Shown: positions 11,907 through 24,960 of the stretch, one piece after another
Layout: every line of letters begins with the position of its first letter
How positions within the stretch are numbered: the stretch's first letter is position 1
Assembly (NCBI GenBank): GCA_905331295.1
Contig: CAJNYD010000223.1
Span: forward strand, 248,001-308,747
Direction of reading: 5' to 3'
DNA: 60,747 bases
From: Rotaria socialis
Taxonomy: Eukaryota
Notes under the pieces: generated by a model
The model's database searches: none
Told to the model about the DNA's origin: nothing
The model's input: only the letters and a program-made list of their open reading frames with translations
Position numbers and translations under genes: made by a program

Positions 11907-13519
11907 ATTAGCGATTTTGACGTGTACGTTTTTATCTCTGAATGTTTCGATCATTCACACAGCTATCATCGAGAACGAACATGTGCAAGTGTATGAAAAA
12001 AAAAGAAAGTAATTATTTTTTTATTCTGCAAAATCGGCTGCTCACCACTAAGAACTTGACATATTAGATTAGACGCAGTTTAAAATCTGAATAGTGATTT
12101 TTCACATAGATTTCATGTAAAAAAGATGAAACTATTCGAATCAAAAGCAAATGTATACTTCATGTCAATCCAGCGGTGCCTCACAGCGTTGACAAGTCAC
12201 CACCTCGCTTCAACAACAAGAAAACTACTCAATAGTTGTGTTCAAAAGACAAAATCCGTATACACGGTTGAATTTTACCATGAACTTGATACAAATCACA
12301 GTAGCATCGGCCTATCCCAATGTCGATGAATCAGGCAGACACTGTTGCTACTGGGATATTAACGAGAATGATACGCTGAGACCGTTTACAATGTGTCATG
12401 GAGTAAAGAATCAGTAGTATTATTATTTAAATAAATTATAGAATTCATGAGACAATTTTTCTTTAACAAATTGATCAATCGCAACTGTTTTTTCCTATTG
12501 ATAACACCTGACGTGTCACATGACATGAATCTTTCTAGGGCAATATTATCGCATTGTAGTATGTGATAGATCATAATGGCCTATTCTTAATAATTCAAAA
12601 CAAACGTCATTAAATTTCTACCTGAATAATTAGAGAATAAACCGTTTACATGGTCACAGCGACATCGACTTCAATCTTCTTCTCCTCAGTGTATCAGTTA
12701 ATTTAATATAGAATACCCACATCTGAAAGTGATATATGAAATTTCTGCTCTCGACAAGTTATGGCCATCAACATTTGTACTTTGAAGCAAAAGATAAATA
12801 TAGTATAATTGAAATGTTTGTTTTGCAAATAATGAATTTATATTTGCACATTGACTTAATCGTTTGGTCATAGCATATCGTTTTTTTTTCTCTTCTAACA
12901 AATATATAAAAATTTCAATAAGCAAAAAATCTTTTTTTTTTCTATAGGATTGAAAATATTGTGTTTCTTCATCAAATACATACTAGCGTCCAATTGACAT
13001 ATTTGTTTACTAATGATGCTTACATTCCGGTTTATATCAATCCTTTGATCTCAGCATGCATCAAACAAAATATTGTTGTTTTTTTCTGTTACTATACAAG
13101 TTTCTGTATTCAATGATACGGAAGAGTAAAGAGAATCAATTCGTTTGTTTCATTCATTGTTTCACCTTACTGTTATAACAACAAATTCTTTTTTATTGCT
13201 TAAGCATTCATCTTATTCTTTTTAATTTGATTGTATTTGCCATTCAACCTGATCTATTTCTCTCTCTCTGTCTTGTATGAATAGATCTCAACAGGTGAAA
13301 AGTCTACAACGAGAGAAGAGAGCGATTGAAAAAAGAAAAAGAACGAACATGAATGCAACAGAATAAGAATCTATGCGATTGGTTAAAATAAACGAGAAAA
13401 AATCCACATCATCACCGCCAATCATATTGACGTTTTTCTTTCTTGTTCACACATCGTGTTATAGGTGTTACAAATCAATGTGTCGATAAGTTTATTACAT
13501 TATATCAACATACCATAGA

Positions 13520-14967
13520 ATGCCACGTCCAGGAAAATCTTCTTATTCCGATGAAAAACCACCTTACTCATATATAGCATTAACAGCCATGGCTATTCAA
13601 CAAAGCCCAGAGAAAATGTTACCATTGAGTGACATTTACAAAGTAAAAACTAGACGATAAAATATTTGATTTTTTCAATGTTGGACTTTTTTGTTCTTTC
13701 TATTTAGTTTATCACTGACCAATTTCCGTATTATCGTACAAATACTCAAAAATGGCAAAATTCTCTACGACATAATTTATCATTCAATGATTGTTTTATT
13801 AAAATTCCACGACGTCTTGATCGACCTGGCAAAGGCAATTTTTGGGCATTACATAGCAAGTAAGTCATAAAATTCAATTGATCTTTGTCATGGTCTATCG
13901 ATTGTTTGATCATTAACTAATTCTCATGCGATAAAAGAAACGAATCACAGCATGAGTTTGAATCACTAAATAGATCGATCTATTTACATATGTTTGCACA
14001 CACAGCAATTAGATGAAAAGAAATAACTTTTGAAACACGTGTATGTTTTTCAAATAGTTTTCATCATATTGTCGGATGATTAATCAATGCTAGAATGTGC
14101 AACGGAGTGAAAATAGTTCAAGGTTGTAACCTCTCTTCAATAGATTTTATGGGAGAGAAATAAGACAAAATTCATTTGTTTTATTATTATAAACTTATGC
14201 AAAAATAATTAATAAAATAGAATCAATTCGAAATTAGTAAAATCTTGAGGGTGTTGTTTTTTGTTTTCGACTTGACAAAATTTAAATCAGACAATCACAG
14301 AAAAATGGAAAATTGAATCAAACAGAAGCCGTTATTTAAAACGTCGAGGTGCGAAAGTACATCTTGTCAAACACTTAACAAATCGCATCTCTTTTCACCT
14401 GTTTTCTCTCATATGTACGTATATATATATATATATATATTGTATCGTTCATTGAACGCAGAAAAGCGATAAAAAACGATCTTTTCTTCGCTGCGTTTGA
14501 TCTGAGCGGTATGCTGTTTGTTAAGTAGGATCTATTAAAATCAGTTTTTTTAAGTGAATACAATTTATTGTTAATAACTATAATTTAAAATTTTTTCTCT
14601 CCTATAAAGATGTAGTGATATGTTTGAAAATGGCAGTTATTTACGACGACGAAAACGCTTCAAATTATTGAAACAACAACAAATGAAATTGAACGAAGAT
14701 GAAGATGAAAATGAAGAAGAAGAAGAAGAAAAATCGATGATAATTAAAAAACCAATTAGAAAAACATCATTTTTTATCGATAATCTTCTTGGTAATGATA
14801 CAAGTACGAATACAAGCTCAACAACAACATCATCCTGTGAAACAAACAACAGCAGCAGTACAATGCAACAACTGCCATTTACAACAGATTTCGAACTTTT
14901 ACTTAAATTGACTCTATTTAATGATGTCAATGGGCATCATCCTCTTTCGCAGCAACTTTATTGGTAA
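13520..14967 (+). CDS. FoxB: Forkhead transcription factor, FoxB class
   Basis: Exons 13520-13642, 13708-13859, 14610-14967 give [110 protein letters not shown], the FoxB signature; EH1-like FFIDNLLG downstream. Confidence 0.97.
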
Positions 14968-16035
14968 AAAAGAAAGAAAACTTGAACTTAGTATGATTAT
15001 TTTTTTCTTCGTGTTGTTAACTTGACACATCAACTTTTGTGCAAAAGAAAATGCCGGCATGGTTCATTTACGTCTAATGACTTTTCATAAGATATAAGTA
15101 TCTATATATATATATATATATTTCTTTTTTTTTGTTCACAACGTTTGGTGTATGTATGATGAAGTTGTCATATGAAAAAAAAATTGAATAGCTGTCAAAA
15201 CCTGAAAGACATGACTTGACTGGAATACAGATGATGATGATGATGGATGAACACAAAAAAAATGAAAAAAAAAAGTATTATAATCACCTGAGACTCTATA
15301 TTCAGGCATTTTTCTTTGTCATCTTGTCTTGTCATTATCATTATCGAGCGTTCGATGGCGGTTTGAAATCAAAGAGAAATGAATAAAATTATCTCTCAAG
15401 AGAGACTTAGAGAGTTTTTTCAACACATATAGAAAAAAAATGATTCTCTTTGTTTTAAATTGCTTTTTTCCGTTTCCGTATTTGTAGTTCCGATCTTTAA
15501 ATTAATGTAATACGATATGATTGTATATTGAATTAAAATTTGTAATTATTTTTGTAGATGAAAATAATTGTTCATACAGATTAGCCTCTTAAGTTTATTG
15601 TTATTTCTTTGTTGGCCTCATATTTGTATCGTGCATACGAAAGCATATGAGTAAAACGACATCGTCAAGAAAATTTTCTGTCAGAGAACTAAACATTAAG
15701 TTTTGTATATATGTCACAGTTGACATGAGAATTTCAGTTGTGATTGGAATGCGCGAAAAAAATAATTAATCGAAAAAATATATTTTTCTTTGTTTTCTGC
15801 TCGTGATAATAGATTATAGAAAAAACAGCACCCTCAAGAAATATTTCTCAGATAAATTCAGCCCCCATAGTTAAAAAAATAGGCAGAGTTGAATTATTTA
15901 AAAACTCATTGTAAAAAGATGCAAGGAATAATTCTCAATATAAAAATTTCTAAAGTCAGATATCAACAAAAATTCTATTAAAAAAGTTAAGAAAAAAACT
16001 ACTCCAAACTCGCCTGCCACATATATATATATATA

Positions 16036-16242
16036 CTTAGGGTATACCAAAAGTTCGTGGCCCGACATTTAAAATTTTATAAAACAGTAAATATTGAATA
16101 TTTTATTATGGAAATACATAGTATAATGTCTTGTCTTTAATAATCTATGGAGAAGCTCTATCTTGGATTAAGTTCTAACATCCTGCTAGAATAAAAGCTA
16201 AAATTTTAAACATCGGGGCACGAACTTTTGGTACGCCCTAAG
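16036..16242. mobile_element. Tc1/mariner-type MITE (207 bp, TA target duplication)
   Basis: TA|cttagggtataccaaaagttcgtggcccgacatttaaaatttta ... taaaattttaaacatcggggcacgaacttttggtacgccctaag|TA. Confidence 0.85.
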
Positions 16243-17247
16243 TAACAGTTTATGTTATTAATGAGTTATGCTTTTTTAATTGTCTCTGAGATTACTTATA
16301 GGAGCAGTTAAATACAGTACTGAATACTATTGAAAATAGTAAAAGCTGATAACTCACTTGATAAAAGAGAGTATTCAAGCGGAATGTGAAGTATTTAGAT
16401 TATTTCGAAAAAACGTTGAAAACTTATTTGTTGAGAATTCAAATTATACGATCAATAGGAGCAATCATACCAAATAATTAAATATCTTGTCCATGTGTTT
16501 TTTTTTCTGAAAAAACTGAATTATTTGATTTTTTCCATGTATTCATACACTTTTCATTGTGCTAGTTAAGAAAAACCTATAATTTGATATTGTGATTATT
16601 CACTCCGAATACAATCCCTAGAGTTTATAGAGAGTGCAGTGAATGTTGAATATCACCATTCATAAATGCATTGCAATTTGAAAACATTCTCTAAGATACC
16701 TTCTTTGTTTTTGGAAGTTTCATATGTAATCGGAGCTATCAAGTGATGTCGTATGATCGTAGTGTGTTGGACTCATCCAACTTGTCAATAATAGAATGTA
16801 TACGTTCGAAAAACTCGGACCGAGTCATATTTATATTCATTGTGATTCTTAAATTTCACAGCATTTATGTTTCTTACGATAGCGTCTCAATGGGCGAGCA
16901 CCGTAAACTATTTTACACAAGTAAAAAAAGTAATAGTTTCAGTTTTATTGTTTTTAATAAGCAATTAATTTGAAAATTGATATTATCAATGTTGTATAAT
17001 AAACTTTGGGGGAGCGAGTGCAGAAATAGCTTCATAATTGATAAAAAAAATTGCAATTCAGAGTTTTCGAAAAAACCAGCAATGAATCGCATGAGATACC
17101 CAGTTATAATTCAAATATACATGGTGACCTAACTGCATGCTATCGATTCGAAAGTAACTGGCGAATGCTAGGGATAGATTTAGTTTTAGCTTAAGATGAA
17201 TATAATTCATGAATACCGTGAGGGAAGAGAGCATTTCTCTCTAATAC

Positions 17248-17263
17248 GGGGGGGGGGGGGGCC

Positions 17264-17309
<46 letters not shown>

Positions 17310-17334
17310 CCCCCCCCCCCCCGCAACGCCACTG
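17248..17334. repeat. G14 / long poly-C tract ending in a hAT-like terminus (CAGTGGCGTTGC on the minus strand)
   Basis: G run 17248-17261, C runs 17265-17322, then gcaacgccactg. Confidence 0.6.
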
Positions 17335-18122
17335 ATCTTGTCTCGACGTTTGTAGTATATCATATATGTTTGTTTCTCCTCTGTGTTGTTCTCTCTTATT
17401 GCTTATTGTCGCGCTTGTTATTTTGGACATTGGCACCTTTTTCATTTTTTCGCGCTTAGACTCAGAGAAATGAGATATATAATTACTCTCTTTTTTTCTC
17501 CTCAAGTTTCCTAGAAGCTTCTTGATATATCTCTCTTCACTGAGATATACTAATTCTTCTTTTTTTTCTCTGTCAAAAAGAATCATCTTTTTGATCAATT
17601 ACACATTACCTTTTTCTTTTCAACTTGATTGTTCCTTACAATCATTCGAACTCGTGTCAGTTATTTGCTTGTGGAGTTCTTTTTATTCTCAACTATTTCT
17701 GTTCATCGAATAAACAATTGGATCTTTATCCAATATTCAATACTATTTTATTTCCATTGTTGTCATTCAGTCATAACCAATACTGTGGCACCTGGCATTA
17801 TTATTAGTTACGTCTCTGATCCTCATCAAGGCGTTACAGGGGGCTTGGAATATTTGTTTTGTATTCGTACGAAAATTAATCTAAAACTAAATTAATTTTT
17901 TGAAAAAAATCTAGTAGTTTTTTTTGTGGATGCTCATTTTTACTCGAATTCGAATTAAGCAGCTACTCATCACGAACGTTATAAAATCTTTAGAGAAGAA
18001 AAATATTGTTTTTTTTTCTGGTTTTTTAATTGTCTCGCACATGCCAACCTACAGAGATGGGCAAGTCCAGAAATTTAATATATTTTTGTGATGTATACCT
18101 CTAATTCTTGTCTTACAGAAAC

Positions 18123-18361
18123 TACCCAGGTGAAAGAAAACGGCCTGAAACGGCATAAAAACGATGTGAAACGTTAAAAAACGGCGACGTTTTCCGTCAG
18201 CTCGGAAAACGAAGAGAATAGTGTTAAAAGTGATGGCCGTTTTCTAGGAAAAAACGGCCCGTAAAACGAGCTGACGGATTACGGCGAAATAGGGTGAAAA
18301 TTAATGCCGTTTCAGACCGTTTCCGGTGGCCTTTCAGACGGCAAGATGATCCTCCTGGGTA
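18123..18361. mobile_element. Short non-autonomous element with TACCCAGG/CCTGGGTA ends and many AAACGG/CCGTTT motifs
   Basis: 8-bp terminal inverted repeat; internal inverted motifs such as ctgaaacggcat / atgccgtttcag. Confidence 0.6.
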
Positions 18362-18822
18362 TAGCCGTTGAAATAGACACAACACTGAAAAATGGCAACA
18401 CTTGAGAGTACTTGAACGCTCAAAATTTACCAACGGAAAAGATAGAAGAAATTGAGCGTAAACAGTACACGATTTGTCAAACTCGAATTAACGAGTGATA
18501 ACGATCCAGACTGAGTTCGTCTTACCTATTCTATACGATGTTTAGTAATTTCAGAACGGATAAGTCATACACACATTGGTAGTTTCGCGCTACTAATGAT
18601 GATTATGGATGCAAGTGAACTAACAACAGAAATGTTAGAAACAGTACTAAAAACTCAGGTTGACCCATTTGAATGCTTTAAATTATATTTTATATTGGGA
18701 ACACTATACACTCACGTGAAAGAGATCAAAAGTAGCACTCCTAAACTATGAAAAAGTAGTGAACAGTTATGTCGTTCGTTTATTACCACTATAATTGATT
18801 GGAATGATCTAATTTTTGTTAG

Positions 18823-19256
18823 GTGATCTATGTATGATATAGACCATTCATGCTAAGCTGCACAATAAAAATGAAGAGCTCATTAGCAATTAATCATCGT
18901 ATCCACTCTATTGATAGTATTCATATGATGAGCGGACACATATTTTTCGAAAGAGGTGATACATCCAATGATTTGGCTAGTTATCAGAAGACATTAAAAT
19001 TTCCTCATGATCAAGTCATCCTAATAACATTCATATTCATTGTTCCATGGCTACAGCTTATATACAGCAATGTTTTGAAATTCTGAATGTGTCTAACTTG
19101 CAGAATCATGCCTATGTGAGTATAGCATACGCAATGATGAGTAAGCTACTTGAAAAACAACAAAATCCATCAGCATTATCATATTATCAGCACGCACCAC
19201 AGACTGATCTGAAATGTCAATCACCAACACACCCTATGTTTTTGCAAATTCAATAA
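18823..19256 (+). pseudogene. TPR-repeat protein remnant
   Basis: Frame-shifted fragments SGHIFFERGDTSNDLASYQKTLK, AYIQQCFEI..NHAYVSIAYAMMSKLLEKQ, ALSYYQHA..DLKCQSPTHP resemble kinesin-light-chain-like TPR units. Confidence 0.5.
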
Positions 19257-19390
19257 AGTAATTATCTATGGAATACAGTGTCGAAACAAATCTACTGAGA
19301 TTTTAATTCTTTTTCTCGAATTGATTATTCTCTCAAATATTTATTTTGTCATTAGTTATGTGCTGTTAGGATAAAGCAATTGTGAATAAA

Positions 19391-20159
19391 TTAACTGCTC
19401 CAGCAGTTTGCTGGTTGATCTGTAATGTGTACCCAGGAACGTACATCATTTCGAACATTCCCAAATGCATAGTAGGACCAACCACCAATTTCCATTCGAC
19501 TAGCATTAGTTGTCCAACTCTCTCCAGCATACGTGGTTCCATTCATGTTTCGGATAAACTTCCCATCATGGAATGTAGCTACACGCCAACCAGTACTGTA
19601 TAAGCAGAAATATACGCAATTTAAAATCGTCATCTTAATGAAAAATACTTACCCGAAATACTGAGCACAGTATGCATCGACTGCTGCTCGATTTCTAAAG
19701 CTAGAGCCTGCTACTGGTAATGTAGTTGAAATATGCCCAAGAGTCCAACCAACGTAAAAGGCAGCAGGCATAGCTGCACCATTGCCTAATACAAGATATG
19801 GTGGACGAGGCGAATTGTCTATCTTGGCACAAAGTACAGTTCGTTGTTCATTGCAATCTGTATCACCACGATACGGGTCACAATTAAACCCATTTGGATT
19901 GTACCAATCTCGACAACCGACAAGATCAATACCGTATGGAACCAAATGGTCCCATTTGATAAATGTAAGACCTTTTCTTCCTATGGAAAAAATATAATTA
20001 GATTCTATACCTTAGTTTGTATAGAACATAAATCAAACTCTAACCGCTTAATTGTTTCGATTGAGATCCAGCTATCGTTTTCTCACTAGATAATTCATTT
20101 CCATCGATTTGATATATTTTTAGCACAAGCACAGCAAAGATTATGGAAGTCGTTTGCAT
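19391..20159 (-). CDS. Secreted Cys/Trp-rich protein resembling a bacterial family often annotated 'flagellar hook-length control protein'; HGT candidate
   Basis: Exons 20159-20045, 19980-19653, 19595-19391 (introns 64 and 57 nt, phases match): MQTTSIIFAVLVLKIYQIDG..GRKGLTFIKWDHLVPYGIDLVGC..CDPYRGDTDC..FYVGWTLGHISTTLPVAG..CAQYFGTGWRVATFHDG..GGWSYYAFGNVRNDVRSWVHITDQPANCWSS. Confidence 0.85.
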
Positions 20160-20613
20160 ATTGATCTAAAATAAAGGACATAAAATCTGAAGTATTGATT
20201 TAGTAAAAAACTTGAATAAATCATTTCTTGCTCAACTTGAGCTTAACTATATATTTGGCAGCGAAATAGCGAAAGGCAGCAATACATAGAAAATTAGACA
20301 TGATAAATAGGGATGAAAAAGGCCATAGAGATGAACATTGAAAACGGAGCACTAGCAAAGCTGACGAGGGCAACCGCTATGTAGAAATTAATTACTGTTC
20401 GTATATGCGAGTTGGTATGTGTTCGGTCCTTTTCTTTCGTTTATTCCTTTCAATCCTTCTTTTATTCCAAAAACAAAAAAACATCCCAAAAAACAAACGA
20501 GCAACCAAATATATATCCTTTTCCTTTCTCTCTCTCTTCCACCAGCCGGTTCCGTCTCATAACTATGATAGAGGGATAAAGATGGACGTCTTATGTCAGG
20601 AGATGTCTCTACT

Positions 20614-20855
20614 CAGGGACGGCGCGAAGCAACAAAAACATAGGGGGGTTACCTGAAAACGGGAGGTTTTTTTTCAAAAATCGGAGTAAATCAATAAAAA
20701 TNGCCCCCTCCCCCAACTTTGGAAATTTTTGTTTCAATTTTACTCCGATTTGAAGAAAATAGAAGAAATTTTTATTAATTTACTCCGATTTTTGAAAAAA
20801 AACCTCCCGTTTTCAGGTAACCCCCCTATGTTTTTGTTGCTTCGCGCCGTCCCTG
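20614..20855. mobile_element. Young hAT-family MITE (242 bp), ~88-bp near-perfect TIRs, 8-bp TSD TCTCTACT
   Basis: TCTCTACT|cagggacggcgcgaagcaacaaaaacatagggggg...ccccccta tgtttttgttgcttcgcgccgtccctg|TCTCTACT. Confidence 0.95.
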
Positions 20856-22024
20856 TCTCTACTGACATAACAGTATGTTTGGTGTTGTTGCGTGAATAAA
20901 GATTGACGGAGCACTAGCTAGGTTGATGAGAGCTTCCGCACACATAACGTTGATTGTCAAGACAAAGTACCACAAGTCTCAAATATGAAAGTAAACAATT
21001 TAAAAAGAGAAGGTGGTGGGGTAGACGGCGGATAGAATCCGCAAACACAAATTAGTTATAGTAGAATAATGGAAGAATGATAGAATATATTGTAAATCTG
21101 TATAGCAACAGCAAATAGAAATTAATTAAATAATATGCACGAAGTAAAGGCGCTCATCATTGATCATGAACTAACGTTGGCGCTCGTCAATCACCAACTA
21201 ATGTTCTAGTCATAGCGAGAATTATTTTAGCATACAATACATGTTGATCTGTCTTATTAGCGGTGTGAACCCACCATTTCAAAACTCACCTGTTAATCTT
21301 GCAGTTGATTACCGAGATGTAAACGTGAACTGATCGATCGACTAAGATTGTAGCTAATAAAAATGTGTTTATATACAGTATTCGCTTCCTACTTCCGTTG
21401 TTGTGAAAATAAAACACCTTCGTGCTTTCTGTTTGAAAGCAAGACGAACAAAACCGTCGCAAACAGAATATCAGCAATTGGCTGTACAAAAAGTCATGCT
21501 ATGTGACACATCCATACCCTTTACCTCATTATACACAATTTATGTATTTTTTTCTTCTTCCCTTTTAGAATATTACAAGAAGCATGATGCATTTCTTTCC
21601 GCTATTGTAGTTAATCAAAAAATGTGACACTGAATACAAATTTCTGTTTTCAATGCAAATTTAACTTAGTCATTCAGAATATTAGAGAATGCGTCCATAG
21701 CATCAATGACACAGGCTACCGAGTGATCATTCCATGATCTAGAGTGCAGAAAATTGTTGTGGCTGCGTTTTCCCGTCAAGAATGCTTACCATTTGGATCC
21801 GATTTATTTGTTTGAATTATTTAAAGTTAAATAGTTCTGCAAAATTATGAAATTAAGGGAAAATATAGGTTAAGATTGATTTCAAGAGTCCTAAACTTCT
21901 TCATGAAGTAAACATCTCACTCTGTTTTTTTTGATCCCTTATATATATTTATGTAGTAATAATAAATAAATTATTGTTAAGGTTTAAAAATAAACATGAA
22001 TAATCACATTAAATGATTTATATA

Positions 22025-22545
22025 ATAAATGTGGAAACTTCGGATTTCATCCGAGAGTTATGTGTACTGCAAAAAGTGCATGGGACATATGAGTCATTCT
22101 AGAATGTCTGAACACCAAAATTATCATGAGGAACTAGGCAATTTGATTTCTGGATGTAGTTTTTGTGCATTTTGAGACGTTTTTCAGGCGATGTTTCGTT
22201 AGAAAGCTACGGTTTAATTCAAAACTAATATCAGATTCAGAATCAGCGTTAAAAACTGAGACGATTTATATATGTTGTGAATAATTCTGAGAAAAATTTG
22301 TTTTTTGAAAAAAAATTCCTGTACCCCTCCTCAGGGATGGTCTGATCAAAAATGGCAATTTTTTCGATAACTCAGCCATTTCTTGACGGATCCTTCTCAT
22401 CTTCGAACTCGACCGAGATATTGATGAGACAATTCTGTGCATAAAATTTCAGCTCAATCGAATGCAATTGTGACGAGTTATCGAATAAATGGCCGGACAC
22501 ACTGATCGATTCTAGTGTACTGTTTTTTTTTTGAGTACACAAAAA
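22025..22545 (-). mobile_element. HINE/DINE-1-like (Helentron-derived) non-autonomous element, copy 1
   Basis: Reverse complement of 36587-37106 over ~450 bp at high identity; subTIRs TGTGTACT(G)CAAAAA; terminal hairpin. Confidence 0.8.
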
Positions 22546-24560
22546 TGCTTTCTGTATGATTAAATATCTGGTGTATAATTTTGTAAATCACCAGTTTTAC
22601 TATTTTTAGGGTAAACTGTCAATGATCGCTCATAACTTTTGTGCAAAAATGCGTAATGTGGCATTAAACAAATATGGTAAAAATTTTATATGATAATACG
22701 TTTTATATGAAAATTTTTCTTGTTTCTAACGTAAAATGAGTATTTTATGAAAGTTACCTATCGATTGGATTCTGTGCGTGATTGTCAGGAATGAAACAAT
22801 ATACTAGACTGTATGTATCAGTAAACAACGAAGAAGTTGGAAATACAACGAAGAGCGCTAGGTAATATTTTATATCTTTGAAAACTGGACATAAACTATA
22901 GATTTCACCCAACCATTGAAAAATTCTTGAGGGTGTGGGCCAAGCATGATTCACTCGACATATCCACACCCCTAAATGATCTCACGAAAAGAATAATGAG
23001 GTCAAAGCTACGTTCTTTTCGCAGTTTGAAGTAGTTCTTTGAAAAATAGCAACCATGAATTACATGGACTAGATCTTCTCTATGATTTCTTTATTATCTA
23101 TAAAATTTTTCTCATTTAAATAAAAAAAAAGATGATTAAAACTAAATAAATCTTTGCAAAGAAAAAAAATATATAAAGCATTTAATTTCTAGAATTAGGC
23201 ATGCATACAAAAACGAATACAAGCTATTATGGGCCACATTCAGGCACATAACTGAACAAAAAGTATAATATATACAGAAACTAATTGAACAATTATCTCA
23301 TAGAGACTGTTCATTAAGTTAAGAGAATGAAAATATAGATTATAGAATTAAAAATCTCTCTCAATATCATCATTTATCATTGATGAATTCCAATCTTCGG
23401 GATTTTCATTGTCAATTAAGAAATCAATGGATATTCATCTAGATTAATAAAAATCAATTTTCACTTCAAAAAAAATTAAATATAAATTTCATACTTTTTG
23501 TTTCTGAATTCACACTATTCAAATTTACATGTGCTAAAGCAAGCAAGAAAATAATACTTCGTTATTATTATTCTTTGCAAAAAAAACTGAAATCTACCTA
23601 AGAAGATTGTCGTTTCATAATTATCTGTTGCTTTATAAATAAAAATAAATAAATCATCAAATTTGATCGAGATTTTATCTGATAGCTACTTTAGTTCGTT
23701 TTCTGGTGGCTGTTGAAGTTTGTTGATTAGTTTGATTATGATCGGTTGAACTCTCTGATCTCACTATTTTACTAAGCATTATAGTTCGAGTGATATCTTT
23801 CTCGCATGTTGTAAATCAATTTTATAATAATTTCGTCAATGCCGATAGAGATTTACAGGACACGGACGATCGCAAGAAATTTTTTTCATAAATCTTATAA
23901 ACTTTTTAAGAAATTCGAATCTCCGTGATTCGATGTTGTTGAATAAGGACATAAACATTAATAGGGTACAATATCAATTTCATCGCCTGCTGTTGTTGTA
24001 TTCATTGGCGTAGATTGTGCATTACTATTGATAATAAGATCGTTAATCACTGTTGATTCTGTACTAATTCGAATTGAACGAAGTGCAAGTTCACCACTCA
24101 TTTGATAGTAATGCCTATAACGACAGGATCAAATCAGTTTCATCGATATATTAGTAATAAATATTGGAATCTTTTAAAAAAATAATAATTTCCGTCTCCT
24201 GTAGGTTTGATACTAACCGATTCAGACTGAAAATTAGTTCAAATATACTAGTCAAATATTTTTAATAACTTAAAAAAAACTTGAAATTCATTAAACTCGT
24301 GTTTTTATTTTAGCATAGTATCATAATAAGAACATCATTCTAGCAAAATAAGTTCATCGTTTTCTATTTTTATCTATCTATAAAATTTTTAAGGATTACA
24401 AATTCGTAATAGCATATTCTTAAATAATTTGTAAAGATAAATTAGCACTTGTCGAGCGCACTCTACTACCTATTCGATCTTCTTTATATATAGGTCTTGA
24501 AAAAACATTTTTCTTTTACATTCTGGATCGATGCTTGGCAATAGAAGGCAAACTTTATAA

Positions 24561-24960
24561 GGGTTTGGTGGAAAAGGCAGAAAGGGAAAACATCGAAAGG
24601 TAAATGTCGAAAATTGCGTTTTTTGATAATTTTAACGAAAAATAAAAATTTATTTGATCATATGACAAAATACAATAAAGAAAAAGAAGACTAAGTTTAT
24701 CAGTATTATTTACTTTTTTTGTGTGATCCAAGTAGTAATGCTAATCTCTTCAATAATTGCTTTGCATTGATTACCAAATCAAAAGAAAAAATTTTCGTTA
24801 TCTATAGACATCTTTTTCGTTCTACGTTTTCCTTTTCAAAATTCTTCTACTTTTTTTCTCTGGCAGCTTTTCTTCGACATTGTTATTAATTATACTTTTC
24901 CATTCGACGTTTTCCTTTGTTTTTTCGACATTTTCCTTTCTGCCTTTTCCGCCAATTCCC
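24561..24960. mobile_element. 400-bp MITE with GGG..GGAAAAGGCAGAAAGG TIRs flanked by TTTATAA duplication
   Basis: tttataa|gggtttggtggaaaaggcagaaaggg ... cctttctgccttttccgccaattccc|tttataa; internal gtcgaaa/ttcgac repeats. Confidence 0.75.

Noticed and set aside
17191..17598. Poly-Gly and poly-Pro ORFs
   Set aside because: Translations of the homopolymer tract with no other coding signal.
23690..24110. Possible decayed minus-strand gene (MSGELALRSIRISTEST...RVQPIIIKLINKLQQPPENELK)
   Set aside because: Many stops and no recognisable family.
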